DNA of 64,000 nucleotides from Oculina patagonica (lineage: Eukaryota): the NCBI RefSeq assembly GCF_052425735.1, contig NC_135759.1, positions 23,808,001-23,872,000 of the forward strand, given 5' to 3'. The notes beneath the pieces were generated by a model. It did no database searches and was not told the DNA's origin. It worked only from the letters and a program-made list of their open reading frames with translations. Positions 1 through 12,700 of the stretch are shown here, in pieces. Numbering within the stretch: the stretch's first letter is position 1; every line of letters starts with the position of its first letter. The position numbers were made by a program, and so were the translations under genes.

Positions 1-702
1 CATTTCATTCAGTTTGGCACTGTTTATCAGAATTAAATTTTGCTGGGAATCAACGCAGAGATTATTAATTTGTAAAATACAAGTGTGAATAGCTTGTAAA
101 ACTGCTTTTAAGTCAAAGAGTATTTTTGTATCCAAGAAATAGACAGATAAGCAATTCTTTCAAGACTTTCAAAACATTTATCTGTGCTATATTTTAGTAT
201 GACTTCATTTGCTTTACTTGATTTATTGCAGTGTAAATTAAACTGAACCTTTCTTGAGTACGGTTCATTTTAAGCAAAACTAGTTTTTTCGGAATTAAAT
301 AGCAAACAGCATTCTTCACTCTTGCTTGTTGATTTTGTCGGAATCACGACAAACAAACAAAGATTTTGCGACAGATTTTTTCTCGGTTTCTTAAATCCAA
401 ACAAGTTAAAGTAGGAAAAAATTAAAAACGTTATTTACCGGCCTAGGTCGGTCCGTATTGGGAAAAACCGTACCCTTGGTCTTGAGTAGGAAAAAATAAA
501 AACGTTATTTTCCTGCCTAGCTATAGGTCGGTCCGTATTGGGAAAAACTGTACCCTTGGTATCTCCTGTACTGCGCAAGCACATGACCTAGTTTTGAACA
601 TAGTGCAGGGTAGGGTAGTGCAGGTAAAGTTAAAAAGGGAGCACTTATGGTTGACACCTTACCAGCGCGCTGAAAAACCGATCATCAAGTGTTATTACTT
701 AC

Positions 703-3700
703 CTGTTTTGTTATTTCCAGCACTTTGTCGATCAGCGCAGGGCAGTCATATTTAGCACAGTCGTCCAGTGTGTAGTCATTAGTAATTGCCCAGGGCAGAT
801 CACATGACGCTCGCCAATCAGCTAACCATACGTCATACCTAAAAAAAGGGTTATTACAGTGGTTTGTATTTAATTGTTTCAACTTAATGGCTAATTATAG
901 AAGCTCCCGGAGTTAAAAAAGGAACTAGTAAAAATAGGTTAAAGTTAAATATTTATTTTTTGTAATAGTTTTTAACCCAGTCTTATATTTTAATAATTGC
1001 ATTTTTCAGCTAGTTTAATATTTTAATTATTTTTACCTTCAATCTGATTTTCTGTATTTAAACATCAATTTTTATTTTTTATTGTTTTATTCTTTTTAAC
1101 CATGTTAGCACATTGAGAATATGTGCACAAGTAAGAACCTTTTTATAACTGTTATTATTATTATTATTGTTATTGTTGCTGATTTTGGAAAATATTAGTA
1201 AAAGCACTCAAGGGGTTCCGATTTTTATTGTCCAATCAGAAAAAACTACACCATTACTCCCAAAGTTGTCACGTCATGTAATTAGCATCATTTATATCAG
1301 GCCACAACGTCTGGTTCTGAGGCAGACAGAAATAAAATAGCTTGCCGGTAGCTGATTTATGCTATTCTATTTTTAAGATTATAAGAAATAGCGGAGAAGT
1401 CACTGAATGTAAGCAAGGTTTATATTTTCTTTGCAACAATGTATAATAAAACAATTATCGAATTCGGTTTTCGTGTTCTCCAGAAAAATGAAGGCCTCGG
1501 TAAGTGCTACCACCCTCAGACTTTGGCTTCGTCCGATCCATTGAAGAGGAGGTGGGGGGGTGGGGAATCCCATATGAAAGTGACAAGGATGCGAAGCTTG
1601 TCGAAAAATTTTAATTAAACCCCTAATGGAGATCAATCTGGCTCAAGGGTTTTGATCAAAAAATATGTAAGCGTCCTGCGCAGCGTTAATTGAAATGAAC
1701 ACATGGAATGCTGTAAAGTTAACGCTGTAAAGGTTAATGGAAAACTAAACGTTTAGGCAATCTTAACGTTCTGTCCTGAACACCCTAAGTGAGACCAAAA
1801 TCCGTAATTTACATCCTTAAGCAAGACGACGAGCATCCGCGCTCCTTTCATATGGGAGTCCACTCCAACGGGCTGATAACACTTTTCTTCCCCCGATTAT
1901 TCCGGATATCACAGAAAATCTCATCCAAAGATTGTTCACTTCAGTCGATAAAAATCGGAATTATCTTACCTGTGTTGCACCAGGTACTCAGTCAAGTTGG
2001 TCCCAATAGTGTCCAGATTAAAATTGCCTCTGCTCATTGAAAGGCCGTGAAACAAGATAACGGGCCCTTTGGTTCCTCCTTTGTATCGAGTCAGTTTTAA
2101 CTCAACCTGTAAAATTACAAATCAGATCAGTCGGGTAACCAAAACTGGTGTTTGTGAAGCACAAGCATTTAGTTTACAGTTCATAAAACTAATAATAATT
2201 CACTTTACTTTTTCCAAGGCACCTTTTTATGACATTTCCGCATCCGGCACTTTCAGCTTTAGGAATAAGATTCGTAATTTTGGTTGTATCTCAGTTTTAA
2301 ATCTTAAAAAAATTAAGCTTTAATAAAGTATCATTTTTTAACATTTTAAAGTATTCATTTATGAGATTTCGCACCAAAAGAGGGAAGAAACAGCTCTAAT
2401 AATCAAACATTACCAAGAATTCAGGGACATATCCGAGACTTTGATCTAATTGCGCCGAACAAAGTTATAAGCTTACTAGTCATAAAATGGCCTCTTAATG
2501 AAAAAAGAGCTTCTAATTTTCATCTAAAAGATAAATCTGAAAAAAATTTCGCTACAAAGACCACTATCTATTCGAACCCAGAGCTCCTGTGCACAGGTTG
2601 ATCTCGTTTCATAAAGAGCGTACCTTGTCTTCTGTAACGCATTTGTACACCTCAGGGGTGGCCCCGTTCAACTGCAGGGGTCTTTTCTTCCTAAGAGGTG
2701 CACTGGGATTCAGTAGGTAATTCTTTGACGTCACAGGGCCGTACGTTTCCCAGATGGTTCTCGTAAAGAACGAGCCAAATCGTGAAATCCATTTCAATTT
2801 TTTCAATCTGCTTTTCGTGTTTGTCACTTCCAGCGTTGCCAGTTGCTTTGCAAAGTTTGGCAGTGAAATGAATAACTTCGCTCTTCCCACAGGATTCCCT
2901 CGGAACTTTGTACCGGGATAGATCGTAACAAGCAAAGTCGTTGTGTCGCTCAATCCAATCTCTCCAGCATGATCTTTATGGATCAGTTTGACGCCCTGGA
3001 AGGCAAATTGTTGTCCTTTGTGACCCGTGAGAATCATTTTGTAGACCATTTCTTTCGTCTCCACATGGTCGGCACTTTTACTAAACAGTTTGAACACGCC
3101 TGTTGAATTTAAATACAATAACTGTTGGGACAACTTGACAATGATTTTTTTAGTTGCTTGTGACACCAACTGATAATAATCTTTTCGTTGTGTTCTACTT
3201 GATCGACGCTTAAGGTGGCCCGCGGGTATTTCCGGGAGCGGGGTGCTATTTTTTAAATTGATTTTTGGGCATGGAAACCTTAACCGATTTCTCTGATTTT
3301 TGGTAGTCGAAATAACAAATGTTTAAATTTTATAAAGCTTTAAAATTTGGAACAAACAAAAACAATGAACACGAAATATTAGCACTTTTAAATTAACCTT
3401 TTTTTAATAAAACGCGAATATTTTCTAAACGCGAAGATAGATTTTTTTCTTATTGCTGTAAATAAGTTCAAATTATCCAAGAATTCATGTGAGCAAGTTT
3501 CAACGAAATCAGCTGGGTAGAAATTGCTGCACAGTTGACTGTTAGATTTTAGCTTAAAAATATTATACTTGTTTGTTTTTGCCAGTTGTTACAACAACGC
3601 TTGTGTAATGTTTAGATTGCATTGATTATGTGAAAGCTTACTACCAGCTAAAACAATGCTGAAAATTCTAAAAAGATCGGAAACTCCTAGCAAAAGTTAT

Positions 3701-6700
3701 AAGCAAATAAAACAGAAGATGTTTACGGTGCGTAAAATGTATTTTTTAAAATATTCATTGCTTTTCGAACTACAAAAAATCTACCGATTTTTTTTTCTTT
3801 TATTTTTAAGTATGACAAAATGCAGCATGTACACAAACGGCCTTATCAGTTTCGTGTGTGTAGTCTCGATGCAACTCGCCGAATTTAGTACGTGAAGATA
3901 GCTACCTCTCGTCTTCCATTTTCAAGCGCTTTCAGAAACCCTTGTGTTTCAGTTAATTATTCAAACTTGTCGCATTCTCAAGATTATTTAGCACCTGGAA
4001 ATGAACGCCCGTTTATTTCGAGGTGCTAAAAAATCTTAGGAATGCGGCAAGTTTGAATCACAGGGCGCCCATACAAGCGCCGTGACTGTTTGTGTTTGAA
4101 ATATAAAGAAATGTATGGGGATTTTGAAAGCGTCTTATTATCGTTAACTTATTTCGAGTAATGTGATTATGTCTATGTTTAAGTTCAAAATAAACGTAAA
4201 CCTACCTCAACTGTTGTATTTTGTCGTTTCTGCGGCTCAAAATGGCGAATTTGGGCGATTTGGAGCGTTTTGCGTTGACTGTTGCTTTACGTAATAAGAA
4301 GGGAACAAGGGTGGAAAGCTCGATTTCGACCGCTCCAGCGCCAAGCCGATTTTCAGCCAGAAATCGGAATCGCCAGGCTTCCTGATCAAACACCAGGTAA
4401 ACTGAAATGTTGAAGCTTCTTCTCGGCGCTTTCAATCCAACATCCATTCAAAATCCAAGCGCTAACCGCCGAATAATTTTCGAGAAATGTAGCTTTCGAA
4501 GTGATCAGAAACCGGGGACGTGATTTGGTGTGCCAGCGAGCAACCGTCACGCTGTTTGCTCTGCGCTGATTGGATAATGGTAAACAATGCCGGAGGAAAC
4601 AGCGTGACTGGCACACCAAATCACGTCCCCGGTTTCTGGTCGCTTCGAAAGCTGCATTTTTCGAAAATTATTCGGCGGTTAGCGCTTGGATTTTGAATGG
4701 ATTTTGGATTGAAAGAGCCGAGAAGAAGCTTCAACATTTCAGTTTACCTGGTGTTTGATCAGGAAGCCTGGCGATTCCGATTTCTGGCTGAAAATCGGCT
4801 TGGCGCTGGAGCGGTCGAAATCGAGCTTTCCACCCTTGTTCTCTTCTTATTACGTGAAGCAACAGTCAACGCAAAACGCTCCAAATCGCCCAAATTCGCC
4901 ATTTTGAGCCGCAGAAACGACAAAATACAACAGTTGAGGTAGGTTTACGTTTATTTTGAACTTAAACATAGACATAATCACATTACCCGAAATAAGTTAA
5001 CGATAATAAGACGCTTTCAAAATCCCCATACATTTCTTTATATTTCGAACACAAACAGTCACGCCGCTTGTATGGGCGCCCTGTGGTTTGAATAATTAAC
5101 TGGAACACAAGGGTTTCCAAAGCGCTTCAAAATGGAAGACGAGAGGTAGCTATCTTCACGTACTAAATTCGGCGAGTTGCATCGAGACTACACACACGAA
5201 ACTGATAAGGCCGTTTGTGTACATGCTGGATTTTGTCATACTTAAAAATAAAAGAAAAAAATCGGTAGATTTTTTGTAGTTCGAAAAACAATGAATATTT
5301 TAAAAAATACATTTTACGCACCGTAAACATCTTCTGTTTTATTTGCTTATAACTTTTGCTAGGAGTTTCCGATCTTTTTAGAATTTTCAGCATTGTTTTA
5401 GCTGGTATTAAGCTTTCAAATAATCAATGCAATCTTAACATTACACAAGCGTTGCTGTAATAGCTGGTAAAAATACACAAGCATAATATATTTAAGCTAA
5501 AATCTAACAGTCAACTTAGCCTGCGAGCAGGCTCACCTTGGGGCACGTGCGAATATACCTTGGGGCACGCGCGAGTGGCGAGTGCAGCAATTTCTACCCA
5601 GCCGATTTCGTTGAAACTTGCTCACGTGAATTCTTGGATAATTTGAACTTATTTACAGCAATAAGAAAAAAATCTATCTTCGCGTTTAGAAAATATTCGC
5701 GTTTTATTAAAAAATAGGTTAATTTAAAAGTGTTAATATTTCGTGTTTATTGTTTTTGTTTGTTCCAAATATTAAAGCTTTATAAAATTTAAACATTTGT
5801 TATTTCGAATACCAAAAGTCAGAGAAATCAGTTAAGGTTTCCACGCTCAAAAATCAATTTAAAAAATAGCACCTCCGCTCCCGGAAATACCCGCGGGCCA
5901 CCTTAACATATACCTTTTTTTCCTGTTCCTGACACAAATGATTTTGAAGTTTACCTCATGATAACGACGACGTTATTTCTTGGGAAATGACATACACATT
6001 GTCGTGTAAAATTCAAAATTCCATTCAATGTCATATAAAAATATAATCTGATTAAAATTAATTTTCTCGACTTTTATAACAAAACAACTTCAAAAAATAA
6101 CTGTTTTTCCCTTTATTTCAGTGCCAAGTACAAAAACTAAACAAACAAAAATCGCAAAAAAATTCGACTTAATTCAAATGCCATATAAAAGAATAGTAAT
6201 AGGTAATTTTGCTCTTGATGATACCTCTTACATTTCTATGGATTATTTGCTTACCCTGTGAAATAGTCATGACCCCTTCTGACAAACTCGGACAAGTAAC
6301 CGTGCCAGAAATTTTGGCCGAGTGAGCTGGATCCCAATCAATCATACGTTCAACGTCCTCACTTTCTATGGTAACTGTAAACTCACATGGTGAGCTGCTG
6401 TACTTATCCATTGCAGGTTCAAAGTTTCCGACCATCTTCTCTGTGAAACGAATACCTTGTTTCTGCTTTTTAAATGTTCTGTGGTCTAAAAAATAAATTG
6501 CGAGTTTTTAATAAGTTTTGTTTCGATTTTATTAGAGTAGATTGGCGTTGTATTACTATTTTTTTATTGGCTAATCAGTCGAAGCGGAAGAAAAATTCTC
6601 GATGTTAATTGGTGAGTGTTCTACAGTGTAATGTAAAATTAACTACATTAAAAGTAGTATGAAGAGCGTCATTTTCTTGCAAGCCTGAAATAGCAATTGC

Positions 6701-9700
6701 TCACCGCTAACCGAGTTGTGGTGAAAAAAATCTGGGAAAGGCAAGTGTGTGAGAGGAAGACCAGATGTGACTTATTTCTTTAATTTATGATAACAATAAT
6801 TATAACAATTAGAACAAAAAATTTTCGTATCAGATTGGATCTTAGCATGCCATCTTTCCTCACCAAATTGGAGCGATCAGCTGAAGTATCCAGTGTGTAA
6901 TGATTGAAATACTCCTTTTTGATATTCCTCAAACCTTTCAGAAACGGCTTTTCAACAGTTAATTTTGTCACTGCAGTCAAAAAATTGTTGAAAAGCATCA
7001 CCTTTTTAATTTTCATTTTCCAGGTTTGTAGTTGTGTTAAATTCCTAATTGAACTAATCGTGTCAACCAATTTTGTCCGTAATCAAACTCGTGATTAAAC
7101 AAATCCGACTCGTCCGATTTTGTGTGTATGGTTAGAAACCGAATTGGACTCCTTTCAGTCCTATTATCATGCCTTATTCCACGTTCTTACCTAGAGGTAT
7201 GAAAGTGTCGTAGTCTATTATCCATCCCTCTCTTTCAGCCATGAGCCTCATGCAGCGTTCGGCCAGGCAAGCTATTGTCAGTACTGGGTTGATGCCGACT
7301 GCTCGAGGAAGAATGGCTCCATCTACCACATATAAACCATCCAGGGGTTCACTTGATTCTCCTGTGTGCGATATTACAATAAAAAAAAAAAAACAAATCA
7401 TGAATTTGTCAGTTTCGTGCCAAGTCGTCAGTTTGTTCATATGCTTAAGGATCGTTTAAACCAGATAAATCAGTCACACATTTTAAATTTAAAATATTAG
7501 TAATCTTTAGTGCTTGAAACCAACCTTCAAATACTTGTCCAGCATGATTTACAACAGCTGTCTGTCCAGATTCACCCATTGGACACCCACCCAATGGATG
7601 AACAGTGACGACACTTTTTCCCAACGCTTCTGTCCACGCAGGGTTCTTAACAAAACTCCCTCCCAGTCCTTTTGTGACTTTCTCTAGAGCCTCGTTCACA
7701 CGGTCAAAGTTCGGGCCGCGTCCAACTTCTTGCCACTCGATGTCAATGTTGTCGCTGTTTTTGTCAAAAGTTATTTGCCCACCAGCGTCATCGTGGCTCA
7801 TACAGACAAAGGTGAGAGTATTGTCCATGCCTTTACCTTGGAGCTCCTTTAAAAAGACCATAATAACATAGACAGTTTCAAGGACATGGTTTAGAATGTA
7901 AAATATTATCACAAATTTATCGCAATATAAACGACTGAATATTTTTTTTAAGCAACAACAAAAGAAAAGAACATGTGTGGTGTTAGTTTGCAGTAAATGC
8001 CATTTTGGGCAAGGTAGAATAAACTAAGTTAAGATGTTTTTGTTTTTGTTTGATAATATAGCTCCGGCTTTGGTTGTGCCATGAATTATTTTAAGCGTTC
8101 GAATTCTGTTTGATGTGTGAAGGGTTTTAGCCCCTCTTTATATATACCTAATTGTCCAAATTATTTTGCTTCATTTACCTGAGCAACTTTTTCCATTTTT
8201 TCTTCACTAGGAAATTTGTCCTTCCCCAACACTTTAGCTGAAACGCTGATTCCAACAGCAAAGGGAACAGACGCTATAGAGGGAAGATTCCCGTCTTCGA
8301 TAACAAAATGATCTTTAATATCTCCACCCAGTGTTTTTCTGAAATCCATGACGGATGTTATGGTTGGCCCAGGCGGTTCATGACTATCGTTCTTGTCATC
8401 GTCTGTATCTGATTCCTTCTTTGTTTTGATTCCAATTGCGTTCGCCTTTTTGTCGCCGTTGTAGCTGAACCCCAGCACGTCTCCATTCGTGTTGAAGCGT
8501 TTTCCGAGTTGTTCAGAAACGTCGAGACCGCGGTCTTTTGAACGAAGCAGGATTTTAGTTGAGCCTAGTGCGCCTGCTCCAAGAATGACGTGGGAAGCTC
8601 TGACGATTTGCTCATCGACATCAAAGGAGCCGGTGTGCTGCCTTCTGTATGAAACTAGCCAATCAGAAGAGTCATAGGCTTTCGTCACTGCAATTACTTC
8701 CACCTGGCAACGAAACATTAATTTTGTTTAAAATTTTTGGCATAAGTATTCAGTGTTTTCTATATGCATGTGTTGGATAAAATTGTCAGAATATATAGGA
8801 ACAATCCGACGCTTATCAGCTTCTGGTATAAATAAGTATTTTTAGGTACTTTTATATTTCTTATATTTTAGTGTAATAATTTTTAAAACGGATGGACTCA
8901 TTTAAGCCTAGTTATATGACCAAGTACCAGCGAGTCTCCTTTGCCTTGCAGGTGTTGTTTTGTGTATCTATTCTCATTTAATAAAGTTGTTTATCTATTT
9001 CATTTGTAGCTGTAACACGCTTACTTTCGGAACAGTTATTCACAGCCCACTACATCTGGTTCATAAACGACGTGAACAACTTTGATAGTTTCTTGAATAA
9101 ATTTTTGTTACCTCAGTAAAAATTTTCGCTCCATGAGCCTTTGCGTCTGGCAGGTAGTTCATGTTTAGTGTGTTCTTGGCGCCAACGTTGCAACCACCGA
9201 CACAATTTCCGCATGCAGTACATTTCGGCTGCGGTATTCCCACATGGTTCGCTCGCGTGTCTTCAAAAGTAACAAACAGAGGCGGCTTATAAAACATCTT
9301 GCCCGTGTCTTCAATGTCGAATTCACAGAGTCCTTCCTTCATTCGATCCAATTTGTGTAACTTTGGGTAGTGATCAGGGTATGGGGTTGGCGTCATCATG
9401 TCTAGTACGTGTTGCCGATCGGCGCTTGTTAAATTCTTGAGATCGTCTCTAAGCTCTTGTGGCCATACAGGATCACTGAAAACAGCAGGGTCGCTGTCAA
9501 GCCCAACATTTGCGTTTATTAGTGACGTCCCTCCAAGGCCGCACCCTTGAAAAACTGATACGTTTTCAGTGACGAAAAGCTCGTAAAGATTTGATGACTT
9601 CCCTAAAAATAGATAAATGAATTAACGATCAATCTATCAATCAATCAACTATTGAAATCTTGAAAGAGCGTACTAGGCCATGTGGGACGAGATTGAAAAA

Positions 9701-12700
9701 CATAAATAGCGCATGCGCATGTGCAGTAAAATGTATACTGGCAGCCTCAAAGCGTTCTTCATACCTGTGTTGTGTTGTCATCAGCCTTTAAACTTTTTTA
9801 AATAAAATTACTTTCAATTTAAAGGAAACTATAAATAATAGTTTTTAAGTTATAAAAACACCACCACCTGTTGGCCATTTTTCTTACTGTGTGCAGTCTA
9901 TGACGTATGTTCTTTAAGACTTTTCTTAGTCAAAATTTTGTACCAGTGGTTAGTAACCTCAGCCAGGGTCTAAGGTTTAGTTGCTGTTTTCATATTTAAC
10001 TACCTTATTTCCATAAACCCCCTAGGAGGGTATCAAATTGAGGTCATGCGAGAAAGGTGTTATTTGAAGAGAGTTTCGATTTATAATAGATCGGTAAGTG
10101 CTTACCGAATTTTTCCCATTCGAGGCTCCGTGGCTAAACAAAGGTTACTACGGATTCATGTGATTGGTATTCACTGTCAAAATAATTAGTGTATTAGTAG
10201 AGACTCGATCGTCCCGAGTTCAAATCCTCTGTCACGCTTTGTACAAGCCATCTGGTTTGCCTCCTGCTACTTGGGATTTTTTACCTTATTTTGTTCATTT
10301 AAAAAGTTTGTTTCTTCTGTTTCAGTGGCATTCCTGTAAACTAGCTATATCAAAGCTAAGTGCATGACCACTATTTGCAGTTTTCACTGTCATGCCACTG
10401 TCACGCCGCGAAAAAATAAATCTAAAACTATTGAGTCAAAAAATCAAGAATATTACAGGTTGTAAAAAACTACTATATAAACTCCTTGTCCAAGTCTCAG
10501 GTCTGTGCGTTATTCCGTACTCGAGTTATCCGTCAAATTGTTTCACGCAAATTTAGAGAGCACATTATGGAAACGCCATGTTGGAGTCCAACTGCTTGTA
10601 CTCCAACATGGCCGCCGGAAGTCAATGAAAACATCTGGCATTAAATTCTGCTACAAAAAGCGCTCAGATCATGATCACCCTCATGAACAAGTAATCATGC
10701 ATTCACATAAACATTTCCCGCAAAACCTCAACTGTCCAGATTGTTAAAAATTGCAGGATGAGGCATTTTTTAAAGAAAACGTGACAGCCTTCTGGCGGCC
10801 ATCTTTGATCTCGTGTGGCGGTAAAACTCCGAAATTCAAAATGCTCTATCTTTAAAACGGCAAATGCTATCGATCTAAAAACCTCCAACAAGATATATAT
10901 ACTAAGGACGTCTAAAAGCCATTGAAGGATAAAAACTCAGGGGTCTTGCCATTCTGGGTTTTTAAAATTTTGATGACGTCACGTGAAAACCAAAAATATA
11001 CAACAATTACATTTTTTTAAAAAATTTTACATATGCGTAAAACTAACGTATTGTTTAAAAGAAGCGTCTTGATGTATTCAGGTTGATCAATTTTTATCCA
11101 ATCTTTATTCTTTCCCTTTCAATGTCAAATACCTTTAATAGGTTTCTTCCCTCCAAATGAAAGCTGAAGTTCCTTGGAAGCTTCTGAGAATGTTTCGGGA
11201 AATTCCCCAGGTAACCACTCCTTGCCTCGTTCCAGAACACAAACCTTCTGTCCTGCTCTGGCACAGCGACTAGCAGCGATGGAAGCTCCGTACCCAGACC
11301 CCACGATCACGACATCATAGTGAGGCTTGATTTCGGATGACGGAGAGGACAGTCGAGGAAAGTTTGGTGGTTGCTGTTAAGAAAACAGTGGCTCAGTAGG
11401 TCGTGACAAAATGCAGGGTTATTCATTTAATCATGAGCTATAGGATAAGTGGAGTTCGTCTAAAGATAAAGCCAATAAATAACAACTAACTTTGTTATTC
11501 GAATTAGTTTACAACACATGGGTAAGCAAGCTTTTGTTGAATCGAGAAGTCCTGGATGCTAATCTAATTTGCATTTGGTGTTACGGCGAAATAATAATAT
11601 CACTGGGTAGGAAAAACTTTTGCCGTTGCTAGGAGATTTTGTTTTTTGCCGATCACTAAACCGAACAAACAATGGGTATTGTTTCTTAATTTCGTGTTGA
11701 GCTTGTAAGATCAATAAGCACGTTTTTCCCCTGGTTAGGTTTGAAAAAGGCGACAAACTTGAGCCTTTCCCCCACATGGATGGTTATGCAAAAAGTTTGG
11801 CAAACGGAAATGAATTTTGGTTTATTTTGGAGGTATTGGCAGCTGAACGGCAGAAAAGATATGGAAATCTCGGATAGCTTTGTGGAAGTTATTTTCTTTC
11901 GCTATGGAGTTAGCTGAAGTTGTCTAACGATGCCTAAACAAGCAACGAGTGATCATGACATTGTTACCGGTGCGGCAGGCACGGGAAAGCACAGGCGTTC
12001 GACTGTATGTGTGTGTTTGTTTAATTGTGTGGTCACAATAAGCTTCGAAAAATCGGCTTAAACGGCTGTTTTTGAAATAAAATAAATTAGAAAATATTTC
12101 CGCATAGGGTGAGTTAATTTTTATGCAGGTATTTTTGACGAATTGAAGCTTGCAAGAGCAGTTCTTTGATTTAATGTTTTCGACTCGTAGATATAATACA
12201 ATAATTTACATACGGCGTGCAACTTTGACATCGGAGAATCCAGTACTGTTTCTGGAATGTAGCCAAAAAAATATATTTTCTCCGCTTACTAATTCTCTCG
12301 ACATTGGAACGTTAGTTTATGACCGCAAAATAAAGAAAAGTTACATTGTAAGAGCGGGCGAGCCTGTATTATTTCAATCTGTTTCAAAGGTCACGTTAAT
12401 AGTTCTTAACTCCAATTCATACTCGCAAAATTCAACCATTTAATTAAGCAAGACTCCAACTACTCCGGGTAAACCAATGTTCACCATGGCCAGAAATCGC
12501 GGACATCGGATTCGGCGAATTTTGATGCATCGTACATTTAGCGGTCACGATAGTTGGTAATAGCCGCTGGTTCAAAAGCGTGACTTTGGGCTCATAAACA
12601 TCGACGAAGACACAAGAATGAGGCCTAGATGAATATTTTGTGTAGTAGGGAAACCACTGGTCAAAAGTATTGCACGATAAAAATAATGGAGCAAAAGATC

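Noticed and set aside
411-560. Short tandem duplication of aaaacgttattt...ggtcggtccgtattgggaaaaa
   Set aside because: It looks like an ordinary repeat-end fragment, too short to classify.
3656-5393. Mirror-image ORF pairs (3656/5163, 4202/4697, 4386/4570)
   Set aside because: They are by-products of the palindrome and have no recognisable protein motifs.
3210-5906. piggyBac assignment for the TTAA-flanked palindrome
   Set aside because: The termini are GG..CC, not CC..GG.
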